From assembly GCF_003704095.1 (NCBI RefSeq), contig NW_020844573.1, forward strand, positions 806,001 to 870,000: a stretch of 64,000 nt of DNA, in the 5' to 3' direction. The DNA is from Pocillopora damicornis (Eukaryota). Below are positions 50,900-63,685 of the stretch, in pieces. The notes beneath the pieces were generated by a model that was given only the letters and a program-made list of their open reading frames with translations, did no database searches and had not been told where the DNA came from. Position numbers and translations under genes: made by a program. Positions within the stretch are counted from its first letter, which is position 1, and every line of letters starts with the position of its first letter.

Positions 50900-50960
50900 G
50901 CTGATTGGCTGAATCTACTGACGTCATGTTGGTGTTCCATTTAGCGCCGCCATTTTGAAC
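50900..50960 (+). promoter_or_regulatory. SGSM3 promoter with CCAAT box, full CRE and YY1 site
   Basis: CTGATTGGCT at 50901-50910, TGACGTCA at 50919-50926, and GCCGCCATTTTG at 50946-50957, all 70-125 bp upstream of the ATG at 51027. Confidence 0.75.
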
Positions 50961-51026
50961 ATGGTAGTGTTTTGGTCCTGTGAGAGTTGTCATAATCCTG
51001 TCTTTTTCCGCGGTTTTACTTGAAAT

Positions 51027-54000
51027 ATGGAGTTGACCAGGCAGGTTTTTAGTAGCAGTGACAGAAAGTCGACCGATGGATACAGCATGTACAACATAAA
51101 AGGTAGGTGGGCAAGACTTGTTTGTATTCTGTAACGGTCGTAGCTTCCTTCAAATTCCAAGCGATACCTTTGTTCACTCGATCATATGGAGCGATAAATA
51201 AATTATGACAAAGCCAAGCGAAGATCAAAAAATCTTTCCAGGCGTGAAGTATGAATTTTACGAACTTTACTAGATCGATAATATTGTAAAAATGCAGCTA
51301 AGGAGATAAATTATTGCGTAGACTGCTTGGGTGATTTTAATATTGACACTCGTTTGACAACACACACAGATTTAGCTGGACATTCGTTGTTGCCAGAGGC
51401 ACCGTCAGTAATTGTTCTGTTTCACGAGAGTATTGTATTTTTTCAATAGCGGTTTCCTCAAAGTTAGGTTGTTTTGTTGTTCAACGGATTTGACTCTCGC
51501 AACAAGGAAGTACATACATGCACGTACTAAAGCACTGAGGTTTATCTCTTATTAAATTATAACTCTATTAACTAAATATTCAGTCGCTAGAGAGCTCGTG
51601 TACATGAAGGAGGCAATCTAATATTTCACTCACTGATTGAGTCATGTTATTGAAATAAAAAATAGTTTTCAATCTTTTTTAAATCGGAAACACGTGTACA
51701 CCAATTCTTAGCTCAATTATCCAACTTTCAGAATCAGTAGATATCAGTTAATGTAATTATCCACACAACTATTTGTTGAGGATTCACAAAAGAATTACTA
51801 TGCCTCTCCAGTAACTTCTAACTACCAATGTAAATGCAATATCACACATTCTTAAGGATAGCACTTGACTGTCAAACACGCTCAAAATATTGTCCCTCCT
51901 GATATTACATTTTCTTGTGTTATTATTGTACGATTTCACGATATGTATTAAAGTTAACATGGCAACCAGATGGATAATAAGACATGGTTTGATGCTACTC
52001 TGGTGTAAAGATTTAGTGAGTGTAATTGAATAGTTACAATTCATAGACCCGATGTTTCGACACTCCTGTTTAGTGCCTTCATGACTGTGATCATGAGTAT
52101 ATTGGACAGACCAAATGTCAGTTTGGTACACATTTGAAAGAGCGTAAAAAAGTGGTCTCCTTTTGCAAAAAAGAAAATACAGCTTTATCGGAGCACATAT
52201 GCCTAACCAACCATACAATTGGGTGGGATAAGTCTAAAATTATCACCACTACCAGCGCCTTTGTTTGGAAGCGTGGCATATCAACTCCACCCACGCTCCT
52301 TTAAATCGTGATGATGGCAGCTTACTTCCTGACACCTATTTACACTTCATTGAAAAAAGGGCAGCTAATTAGTGAGCATAGAAAAGGACCTCTTGATGTA
52401 GTGTTTAGTTCAAGAAATTTTTTTTTGTGAAGCAGACTAGAGTTTTTGGGGTTGATGAATAAGAAAATTTTGTTGTAATCATTTGTATAAATGTAAATGG
52501 AGCATCTGGATGCCTTGGTTATTAAATTTCACTAAATATACAAATATAAATTCACAATAGAGCTGAACCCAGTGAGGGCTGGCACAATATACATGCAGCT
52601 GCTATACACTTGCAGGGTTTGAGCCAGGCCNNNNNNNNNNNNNNNNNNNNNNNNNNNNNNNNNNNNNNNNNNNNNNNNNNNNNNNNNNNNNNNNNNNNNN
52701 NNNNNNNNNNNNNNNNNNNNNNNNNNNNNNTGCATGGATTTTAATAGCATTGGTTGAAATATTTGATATAAATTCATGGGTGAATTTTAAAAGAAAAAAA
52801 TGTTGCTAACTTCCTTTAAGCCAGGGTAACACTCCTGCCAGTGGATTATTTGTGCATGTATTAATTTGTTTGATTGTATTTTATTTGATATTTCATCTGT
52901 GAGTGAATTTAAGCTGCATTTTAAAATTGTGTGAGTTTTTAGATCATACTTGAATTATAGGATTATAGGAGATGCTCTAAACATTTATGCTTTAAATGGT
53001 ATAAAAATTGTTTGCCATAGTAACCAAAATTATTTCCTAGAATGCTTTTGTTTGGAAAACTTACCAGTTTATTGAGCACTTGCTATGGTTATATTTATTG
53101 TGTGGCTTTCTTTTCATCAAATAGGATTTAGACACAACTATGTTCAAAGACTACTTAACTGAGATACAAAAAGATCAGCAGCGTTTTATTGGAAAGTTCT
53201 CTAAGTTTCTTCTCGTACATGTATCATAATTCATGGTTTCATAAATTAGAACTCTTTGCAGGGATCTACTGAACATGTATTTCATTGTATGGGGGTCTCT
53301 GCATTTAGTACACTTTGAAAGTGTCTTCTAAGAGTGCGGTCTTGTGTTTCAATGTTTCAGGAATGTCTATGAACTGAACATTACATAGTTACTTAAGGAA
53401 ACAATATATTTTCTCTTCGTGGTACCTTTAGCTCCCTCTTGAGCCAATCAATCCGAGTTATAGGAAATTGTGGTAAAGGTAAAGAATCCGATCCCACCGA
53501 CACATCAGCCCACACACCACCAACACACTACCAATGCGTCAGTCGACACACTATCAACTCGTCGGCTGACACACTACCAACACATTGGTAAGATCAAATG
53601 TATCGGTAGAAATCTAAATCACTGCCATTTTGAGAACGTAACACAACGCGCCGGTAAGATCTAACACATAATACTAACCTCGCAGGAAAAGAAATCTAAA
53701 TCACTGCCGTTTTGAGAACGAAAACATGACACATTAGTAAGATTGAAGATTTACATAAATAAGGTCCAAACAAAGTCACTGATGCAATAAGTTGTAAGTT
53801 AGAAAGATAAACAGTGGCCAAGACGACTGCCGACCATCGGCTGACGGCTGGGTTGAATTCTTTACCTTTACTGAAATTGTTTTAAATGATTTTGTTTTAG
53901 TTATTTCAGATTCTTAGTTCAAAAGCTACTGTGACTGAGTGTGGTATGCTTTGCTTTCTGTTAGTGTCTGTTTGGTGACAAAAATCTATTCCAAAGTCTC

Positions 54001-57000
54001 CACTTGGCAGATGGTTGAACACAATATGAATTGAAAATTAATTAAACTTGTGACTGAAATTGACTTGGAATCTTTTGCTATAAGTTGCCTTTTATGGAAG
54101 TATTAGATAATTTTGCATTACCAGTTTTACAGTGTAGCCATTTTGTGAACTAAAACATTGTGTCTGCATATTGTTTGTCAATGATGGTGAAAAATCTGAA
54201 GAACAAAAGCTTGGTTTGTTTTGACAACAAATAGCAGCTGAGAGATGTTCTTTTTCTGTTTAAATAAAGCAACACTATCAGGTATTGCCTCATCAATGAT
54301 TTGAAAGATTAAAAGAGCAAATTGATAAGTAAAATAATAGCACAGTTTTGCTTTCCCTCAGTTCAGGAAAATAATTGTGTTTTATGAGAGATTTATGGAT
54401 ATTTTTTATCAGTTGCGTGAATATGTGATGGTGAATGAACATGTAGGTCTCAGAATAATGCTCTTTAGTGTTCAATCATGGCTGGTCAATGTATATTTAG
54501 TTTTTGTCCCAGCTGGTTGGGAATCATTGCCTGGAGATCTGCAATCAAAGTTGAGATCTATGCGGCAAGCTGCAAGGAGAATTTTAAAATCTGTATGAAA
54601 AACATTCTTGGTAAGCATATATTAAACAAGTAATAATAATATCAAATACATACCTAAATCAATTTGTTTCCTCCAGGTTTTTACTGCTCCATTAGAAAGA
54701 ATATGTTAATTTTTGTGAACTGAAGGCTGGGATCAAAAGTTTAGATGGATGAATGCCACGAAAATACTAGAATTTGTCAAAGACTACGTACAAGTAAAAT
54801 TTTTATTTAATAATGATTTGCCTTCAAAAAGGTTTTAGAAATTAAGAATTTGCTCTTACACATGTTAACTTAATTAAGATGCACACATACAAAGTGTGAC
54901 TTAGGAGGACAGTACAAAATTGATGTTTGTATTTTTTTATTGTTGTTGTGTATTTTAATTAGACCATTATCCAAAAGGGGAGATGATTGAATTTTTGTTG
55001 TCGTGAAAGACTTGTAATGGANNNNNNNNNNNNNNNNNNNNNNNNNNNNNNNNNNNNNNNNNNNNNNNNNNNNNNNNNNNNNNNNNNNNNNNNNNNNNNN
55101 NNNNNNNNNNNNNNNNNNNNNNNNNNNNNNNNNNNNNNNNNNNNNNNNNNNNNNNNNNNNNNNNNNNNNNNNNNNNNNNNNNNNNNNNNNNNNNNNNNNN
55201 NNNNNNNNNNNNNNNNNNNNNNNNNNNNNNNNNNNNNNNNNNNNNNNNNNNNNNNNNNNNNNNNNNNNNNNNNNNNNNNNNNNNNNNNNNNNNNNNNNNN
55301 NNNNNNNTGTATTTTTGCACCTAGCTCCCACCCTGAGTGAAGATGAAGATGATGATGCTGTCCATGATAACACCCTTGCTTGGGATGACTCCTCCATCCA
55401 TGTTGCTACTGGTGGTACTCCAATTACAGGCTCTTTTGTGCCAGCTATTGGTGGTCCATTCTCTGCTCTCACACCGAGTATGTGGCCACAGGACCTACTG
55501 TCAAGAATTCAGCAGGTAATTGTATCTCACAACTGCAACTTTCCTCTAAAACAAAAAATATGATTATTCTTACTAAATTAACCAGGTTCACATGATGAAA
55601 GTGTAATGCTTAAGGTGTTGCTGTCACTTTCTCTCTTTAATCAGCTCTTTTCTTCAACTCAACTGGAACATAAATTGATGATGGTGAACAGTTAAAACAA
55701 GAAATTATTACAAAAAAAAGGATCCTTGCAAAAACATCAGATATAATTTTTTCCGCTTACAGAAGTACTTATTCAAAGCATGAAAGTTTTCATAAATCTT
55801 CCTATACTGATATAGAGTTGCATTGATCCTGTAACATGCTACTGTATATGTCAATGGTACTTTACTTGATGATTGATTTGATTCATGTTAGGACCTTTTT
55901 TTTAATATGATCAACCCATTTTTTCTCATTACCTTAAGTTTTCCAGGTTTAATTGTGCAGATCATATTGAGAGGGTTCCAAAGTAGAAGTAACATCTTTT
56001 TTATATCATCTTGGTGTTTTGTTTGTTTTTTTTTTTTTGGTGTACCTTACAGACAGAAGATGCAGGAGGTCGTCCAACTGGACATTATGATGAATTTGGG
56101 TTTATGGTTGATGGAGGTAAGTTCTTCTAGTGGCATCATGGTTTACTTCTTTGTTCTTTAAAGCTCAGGGACAGAAGGAGACAAGTGGTTGGGACTTGCA
56201 CTACTTAGGAATAGATGACAGCCTCAATTTGCTTGTTTTAATATTGAATTTTTATGAAATTCTGTAACTCTACTGCAAGGTTTTGCTCTAAAAAAATTAA
56301 CACTAGTTTAGATTAATGTAGTTATTGATGTGGCTTGTCTGAATGATTTGGATGCAATAAAAATTGAACAGTTTGTTGCAGAAACCTGGTTTGCCAATAT
56401 ATGGCCCCACATTTCATGTCCAGGCAATCAATAATATATTTTTATTTGAAATATTGTGTTGATCATTTTTGATATAATGCTTTATTACAGATTTAGAATT
56501 TGAACACAAAGATCCAGATCCAGGTAGTTTTGTGACAAGTGAGGATGAGGGACTTAGACTTAAATGGACAGCTTTCTTGGAGTTCACACAAAATCAAGAT
56601 GTTGGTGAAATGACTTGGGACAAGGTAAATGTTAATCAAATCTCATGTGGATTATTTAATTCTAATTATTAGACAATCATCTTCGTTGGTTATATAAATT
56701 TAAAATGCATTCATAATGAAATTAGCACACATATGTTTCAATTTTTTTTTCATCCTTGCACTTGTTATTTTCTCACTATAATTTTTTACTAGGTTTCTCC
56801 AAGTTTTCCTCATTCAGACAAGTTACGAGAGCTTGTTTATCTTGGAATTCCCCACAGCATGAGAGCTCCAGTGAGTAAAAACTAAAAAATTAAAATTTAT
56901 ATGCATTATAACTCTTCCATTGATTAACCAACTTCAGCTGTACAAGTCATTCACAGAAGTTGAAGATGAGTAACTGGGATCTCTACTAATGTTGATAACA

Positions 57001-60000
57001 TCAGTCACTGGTACTCTTTTCTAGATCTGGATGAGAATATCTGGAGCCTTACAGAAGAAAATTAGCAGTGATTTTACTTACAAGGTGAGTTTCTGAATTA
57101 CCTGTTCTATATTTTTTTGTAAATTAAACTGTTTAAAGAATTCTTGATCTGTCACTAAGGTGTTATAACATGCAGGTATGAACCTTCCCCATGTTGTATC
57201 ATTTACAGGTACATTGTATGGTAAACAATTTAGAATTCACAACTCATTGTACCTGTGCATGTACAAGTATATGATGTGCAGTATATTGTTTAGTTTGTTT
57301 TTTTTCTTTTGTAAATATTTGCTACCATATTTGTAAGTTGCACAGTGCATGGTTGACTCTCTTTTTCCTGGATTCTCTCAGCAAATTGTAAGGGCAAGTG
57401 CAGATGAAAATTCTTTGACAGCCAAACAAATTGAAAAGGTGAGCTAGTGTGTTATATTTGACTTTCCTTTTTATCCCAGGTGTGAACTTTGAAGACAGTA
57501 ATGGCCCTAAGTGTTGTACACTGTTTGTACATTGTACAAAAGCATTGTCCACTCTTATCATTTTGTAGAATTAAGATGGCCCAATACATACTTGTTGAGT
57601 TGATGAATACTATACATGTATGTTGATTACTGGAAGTATTATTCAGAACAAATTATTTGATCTAATCATCAAATAGGATATAAAATGTAACTTTGTATCT
57701 ATTTTAAAAGTTAGTAAAGTTTAAATTGTGTCTGTGCAGGACTTGTTGCGAACCATGCCAAACAATGCATGTTTTTCAACACCAACCAGTACAGGACTTC
57801 TACGGCTCAGAAGGATTCTTAGGTCCCTGGCTTGGTTATACACTGACATTGGCTATTGTCAAGGAATGGGCATGGTAAGTTTTAGTTTGGCTGTCAAATG
57901 TCTTCCTGCATGTACAATGTACTAGTTGCTATGATATGCATGTATTATAAGATAATTTTCCTAAGCAGCAAACCTAATGCTGTGGTCCTGTTTTTAAAAC
58001 ACCACAAATGCAGCATGATCCCCACACTATAAGCACCTTCCAACATATTTTGACCACGCAAATTATTTTTTGTTTCTGGAAATGGTAATCGGATAGTGGA
58101 ATCATCACTGAAAAGGACTGTTGTTGGCAGTATTCACTTTAACTTGGCATATATTTTTGGTGTACCTTTCTTTCTTTCTAGATTGTTGCATCCCTGTTAC
58201 TCTTTGTGGAGGAAGAAGATGCCTTTTGGTTGATGTGCACTATAGTTGAGGATCTTGTACCTACATCGTATTATTCAAGCACTTTGATTGGTGTACAGGT
58301 GATAATCTCTTTGAGAGAGCCATTTTAAAATTGTAATACAATGTAAATCAAATTTAAGTGTAGCTCTGTCCAGATTATTAAGGACTAACTTTTGAAGGGC
58401 TTTTCTCATTTAAAATACTGATTATGAAAGGCACTAGGGAACTAAAAAATAAGGCTTGAAGCACAGGGCAGTGGAAATGTAATAATTTTTATCAAAATGA
58501 TACCTGTAGTAAAATATTGGCCATTCAGAAAAAACAGGAATATCACAAGGAGTCGATATGAACCAAAAGGAAATAAAGGAATGAACCTGTCTCAGGAAAA
58601 AAATGATTGACCTAGATTAGTTATTCATCAGATTGGTTGAGGAGTTGGCCAAGGTTTTCTTGTTAAGTCAGTATGCACATACCACATGTAAATAAAACCT
58701 ATGTAATCTCAGGTTTCTGACAATGGTCAGTTGAAAAGGCTCAAAAGTGACTTCATATTATCAAGGCTGGTATTGTGCACATGGTAAATTATTGCTACCA
58801 TAAATTTTGTCTTAACTATAAGAGTTGCAGAGCTGTAAGTTTGAAAATTAAACACAAGTCCTACAATTTTTATTAATGTATCCAGGCTGATCAGAGAGTT
58901 CTGCGGCAGCTGATTGTCAGTTACCTTCCACCAATGGATGAACAATTAAAGGAGCACGACATTGAGTTGTCACTGATTACGCTTCACTGGTTCTTGACAG
59001 CATTTGCTAGTGTTGTACACACTAAGGTACAGAAATGATATCATTAATCATTAAAAAATAGATGGCTGTAAATAACCACTTCACCCTTAAACTCCCATCA
59101 GTGACCAAGACATTAAATTGTTAATGTTGTGAAGTACTATTGTGCCATCCAGTTGTCTTGTTAAGTTACAATGTGGGTCTCATTTTCCAAAAATTAAAAA
59201 TTAAATGGTACATAGCTACATACAAGGTAATTATTATTGATAGTCGTATACATGTACAGCTGCAATTAATTAATGGTTTGTTTATTTTTGCATCACCCAT
59301 TTAATTGCAGATCCTGTTAAGGGTTTGGGATATTTTCTTGTATGAAGGCTCAGTGACATTGTTCAGAATCACTCTTGGTATGCTTAAAATGAAGGTATGA
59401 TCTAACTCTAGACCAAAGTTGAATTTACTATGTTACTGTGCATGTAAGTCTGGTAAAGAATGAGAGATTTTAATGCAATTTCTGATCTGCTGTAAAAAAA
59501 TAATTACTTCAGGTGCACTTAAAAGCGAGTTTTAATGTCTTGATTAAATTATGTTTGTACAGGAAGATATCATTTTAAAGCTGGACAACTCAGCGCAGAT
59601 CTTCAACACACTCTCTGATATACCGGGTGATGTCAAGGATGCAGATGAACTGTTAGAGGTACATGTGCTTGATTTCTGTTTCTAACGTCGAACTCGACAA
59701 CAACATACGTGTGTGGCTCTATCATCTTGACCCTTTACACCCTAACATCAGTATGCATATTCTCCATACTGTTCTCTGTACATTTCCTAAGGTGCTGACA
59801 AGGAGAACTTGTCTAAAAATCAAAGGCTTCTTTATTAGGTGATCATTTCTTTTATTCTCGTGACCGTTTTGTGTCATTCAGGGGTGATATTGTAAAGAGA
59901 AATTAGATGCTGGTCACTCTCAATTTGCCTTGTTTTAGTGGCCTAGTAGGCGCTCGTTCTAATTGATCTAGGCCGGCACCCGAGCGATGAGTCACGGGCG

Positions 60001-63000
60001 AGGGATGTGTCTTAGCCTATTTCGTGCGTGTGACTTGATTTCTCACTGAGTGCCTGATACGCTGGTTTTTAGTTTGCACATGATACGAAATGTTATTTTC
60101 ACTTTGTATTAATAAAAGTAAGTCGTTGTTTTAAATTTTTAGGCAGCGAACAAAGCTTCTGCCTCGCTGACAGATGTCATCCTGGAGACACACAGAAAAA
60201 AGCACATGGCTTTCCTCATGGCTGACCTTGGGGTTCTGATGGATAAGGAGTCTGGAAAACAAATGTCCAGAGATGTAAGACAAGTTGTTTTAGTGGTGTA
60301 AGACATTGGATTGAAGTAGAATAACGTTGCAATTATGTTCACCCAGACAACAAACTGTATATTTTTCTTTATTTGCAGCGGCTTCAAAAACGCACCATAG
60401 CTCCGCCAAGAACTTTCTTTAGTCTGCTCTTTGGTGAGTTAACAAAGAGACAAAGGTTTGCCACTGTATATTTACGCTATGACTTGTATGTATTTTTGAT
60501 GGGATGAGTCAGGAAATTTTGAAAATGAGTCTTGTCAGTGGCAGCCATGATTGGTGTCATGAGAACTTGTGAACTGCTGAAATATTATCGCAAAGTGTTT
60601 GAAGTGAGAAGGCTGAAAACCCAAGCATAGTTGAACCAGGATTGAAAGAATTATCACTCATCTAGAGAGGAGAGTACATGTTATTGTGATAATTTATTAG
60701 AGCGCGACGGACATATCAAGACTGTCGCGAAGCAAAATCATTGCAGTCCTAGTGAATTATGGACACTCAGTTCAAAACTACTTTATGAAACAAAACTTCT
60801 GTTTTCATATACCAAAACTGATATCTCTCTCTACTTAATGGAGCGTTCATTTTCGTGTTCCTTTCAGGAAGAGGTGGTGGTGTTAGCTTGCAGAAGGCTA
60901 AAAATATCAGACAGACAGGTAAGTAACTTCAAACAACCGAAACAGGAGACTCAGACTGTTAAATATGTTGCAACCATAAGTTGGTGATTTATTGTAGGAT
61001 AATGACGGTAATAGGTAAATCTTTGAAAGCTGACGTTTCAAAAGTAAGCTCTTTGCGAGAGCAAATAGTTATAATGCAGGTGGTGAGAGAGCCTTTTGTG
61101 GCTTGTTTTCATGTCTCTTTAGAGACGTCTTTTGAAATCCTTCGCCTGATTTTAATTGGATGTATCTCTTAACTATACCATTCGCTGATTTTTATGCGAA
61201 GCTGTTTTGTCTTTGCAGAATTAGTAGCAGATTTGAGAGAAGCTATTCTCCAAATAGCCAGACATTTCGATGCTATTGATCCCAAGAAGGTGAGGACTTT
61301 ATGTTAGCATTCCTTTCGTTCAAGGCCGAAGAATTCAAGATTCACTCAGCGCGCAAAGAGATTTTCAGACTCAATCTCAGTTTTTCATGGAGCGTCTAAA
61401 GTAATCCGCGATTGCATTGGTTTTTGTTTTTCTTGTCCTTTTGATTGGTTTAGAGGACTTGCGCCACCTTTTAAGCCAATACCAATTGTGACTTGGGCCG
61501 AGTTGTTCAAAGCTGGGTTAAGATAACCTGGGGTTAGTGTGAAATTTGATTTTAAATCTGAAAGCTTGAAGAGCCAATTCAGTTTATTTCTTTTTTACTA
61601 CAATTTGATAATTGAATGCTCTAAAAACAATAGGTAAAATTATTCCAAAACGGCTTTTGAACAGAGAAATATAGAAACCTGGATTAAAATTTAATCCTGG
61701 GTTAGCGCTAATCGGCCTTTGAACAACTGGGTCCAGGTGAATTGCTTTTTTTTCCCGTGGGGGGAGTGGGAGGGGGTTGAGGCGGTTTCGCTTCCATCTA
61801 CTCAACTTGGATTGTTTGTGATTGCTTCCAGGGCCTGGAAGTTGACTATTCAATGGAAAGTCACGCAAGAGACCATGAGAGGTTCATCAACGTAGCGAGG
61901 TATTCATAGCAATGTAGTGTCTTAACCATAGTTGAGTAAAGGTCACGTGATATGGTTTTGTTAAATATTGGTTACGAAACGATTAGAAAGAGTTGTAACC
62001 CGGAGTGTGTGATAAAGAATAGAACGAAGGGTATATTGGCGACACAGATAAAATCTTTTAGAAGAGATTTCTTTGTAAGTAGGGTGTCAAGGTATGGTGA
62101 CATTCTTTGCACCTTTTTTTCGAAGGAATCGGCGCAGAAGAGCGAAAGCTCTATTGGACTTTGAAAGACATGATGACGACGAATTGGGATTCCGGAAAAA
62201 TGACATCGTTACGGTACGTAGTGAGACAACAATAAAATTTTTCCATAAGCTGCTTCCGATGATGTAAGAGTTGACTGTTCCTGGAAAAGGTATTGTTATG
62301 CCCCTTTCCGCTAGGGGTCCATGGTTATGTTCCCATAGAAAAAAAATGAAACCTAGGAGTTTGGAAATGTAATTTCCAGTGTTCTGCGCATCAAAAGAGC
62401 GCTTGCAGACTAAACAGTTAGGTGTGAGGGGCCTTGGCAGTGGTTTGACTGCTACTTTAATAGAAAACCTTGCTATACGCTGGATCGCTATTAAAATTTT
62501 TATCTTTTTTTCATTTTAGATAATTTCACAGAAAGACGAACACTGTTGGGTTGGCGAATTGAATGGTCTGAGAGGTGAGGCAAATGGTCGTGCAATCATA
62601 CAAACAGAATGAAATCGTTATTAAAGTGTGGGATGGATTGCGAGAAGCTTTCTTCCTGCAAGTTCCTGTACAGCTAGACAGTGAGAGAGTGTCTTTTTGA
62701 CCCTTTCACTCTTAAGATCTCGATATCCATTCTCCTCTCTGTCTTCAATACATCCCTTGTAATTGTAGCTGTGAGAATTTGTTGTCCAATCAAACAATAT
62801 TTCCCTGTTGATAGTTTACTATGTGTACAATCTTCTCATCACTTGTCTGGTTGATAATGTATTGACATTGTATGGCGAAATTGCTCATTGGTCAGTCGTG
62901 GGAGTGGAACGGTTGAGGCTTAGTGCTCGAGGGACTTTGTTGCAATTCAAAATGCGAGCTTATTTGCTGAAAAGAATAGAAGGGGTAGTGAGTCGAAGTT

Positions 63001-63685
63001 TACCCAAGAGGGCCTTCAAATATTTATCGCGGTTTGTTAAAAGTGTGGTCAGAAATACTGTATGTGCATTTGTGGATCCCCTGTCATATCTTTTGCTATT
63101 TCAGGTTGGTTCCCTGCCAAATTTGTTGAGATTTTGGACGAAAGAAGTAAAGAGGTAGGTGTCTTGATCTTTAGGTAAAGTTGAAACGTTGATGATTTTC
63201 CTCGAAGGTTTCAATGCTTTTTTTTTCTCTATCTACCGATGTAGTACTCAACTGCCGGAGACGATTCGGTGTCTGAAACTGTAACAGATCTCGTCAGAGG
63301 CGGGTAAGTAAGTCATAAAAGGAAACACCAAACTATTTCCAACTGCATGTATAAAAATAAGCCGTCTGTAACAAACGCAACTGAATAACAAAAGCGGGTA
63401 ATCCTTACATACAATAAATTAATTCCGGAATTTCCAATACAATCAACCTTCGTCCTTTTTTGTGGAAATAGGAAAAGTTTCGTTGTGATATTTATTGCTT
63501 GTACTTGGTTCTTTCTGAGAGAATTTGACTTGAAATCTTCCCTCGACCTTCCTAGGAAAAAGTGTGTTAATTTTCTCTTCATACATGGCAGGTTATGTCC
63601 CGCAATGAAGTCGATATTCCTGCACGGCATGAGGAAGCCGTCCATTCTTGGGGGACCGTGTCATCCATGGCTCTTTGTTGAAGAG
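51027..63685 (+). CDS. SGSM3: Small G protein signalling modulator 3 (TBC Rab-GAP, SH3, RUN); 3' part lies outside the window
   Basis: Exons: 51027-51102, 55325-55515, 56053-56116, 56491-56624, 56793-56870, 57025-57084, 57382-57438, 57740-57874, 58182-58278, 58886-59026, 59311-59394, 59563-59658, 60143-60274, 60379-60433, 60868-60918, 61219-61289, 61832-61899, 62126-62213, 62520-62574, 63105-63154, 63245-63303, 63592-63685. Motifs: [24 protein letters not shown] fingers IEKDLLRT and YCQGMG, SH3 [22 protein letters not shown]...[17 protein letters not shown], and RUN start CHPWLFVEE. The exon 1 link spans two gaps but is phase-compatible. Confidence 0.92.
51990..52400 (+). mobile_element. Penelope-like element fragment: decayed GIY-YIG endonuclease preceded by an inverted terminal piece
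   Basis: 52080-52372 reads [21 protein letters not shown]...[24 protein letters not shown], then after a frameshift [29 protein letters not shown]. Upstream, the minus strand reads GAAGGCACT...AGTGTCGAAACATC, a partial hammerhead. Confidence 0.85.
52561..54598 (+). CDS. Candidate unrecognised protein encoded by exons inside SGSM3 intron 1 (5' part unresolved, interrupted by a gap)
   Basis: Phase-compatible exons <52731-52779, 52842-52898, 53125-53214, 53901/53910-53943 and 54513-54598 give [16 protein letters not shown]|[19 protein letters not shown]|[30 protein letters not shown]|(LFQ)[11 protein letters not shown]|[29 protein letters not shown] possible earlier exon starts at 52561 ([23 protein letters not shown]). 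Confidence 0.55.
53472..53872. mobile_element. MITE with an 8-bp target-site duplication and GG-initiated TIRs (Merlin-like)
   Basis: GAAATTGT|GGTAAAGGTAAAGAAT ... ATTCTTTACCTTTACT|GAAATTGT. Internally it has CCGACAC-type repeats and a duplicated AGAAATCTAAATCACTGCC.TTTTGAGAACG. Confidence 0.8.
61493..61736. mobile_element. MITE nested in a CCAATCAG-family repeat
   Basis: TTGGGCCGAGTTGTTCAAAG ... CTTTGAACAACTGGGTCCAG. The host repeat runs 61385-61495 and appears to resume (TTTTCCCGTG) after the insert. Confidence 0.7.
62697..62916. mobile_element. piggyBac-like MITE (degenerate)
   Basis: TTGACCCTTTCACTC ... GGGAGTGGAACGGTTGA, with the same architecture as the other copies. Confidence 0.6.

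Noticed and set aside
51370-52004. Candidate linking exons (51370-51407, 51970-52004) between SGSM3 exon 1 and the hidden ORF
   Set aside because: The phases can be made to fit, but splice sites are weak and the second candidate overlaps the Penelope remnant.
15010-55472. ORFs containing long X runs
   Set aside because: They are artefacts of translating through the three N gaps.
10663-63685. Hippo-themed cluster (Dachs plus SGSM3, reported as a merlin-associated protein)
   Set aside because: The genes are separated by unrelated loci, and nothing in the sequence indicates co-regulation. Probably coincidental.
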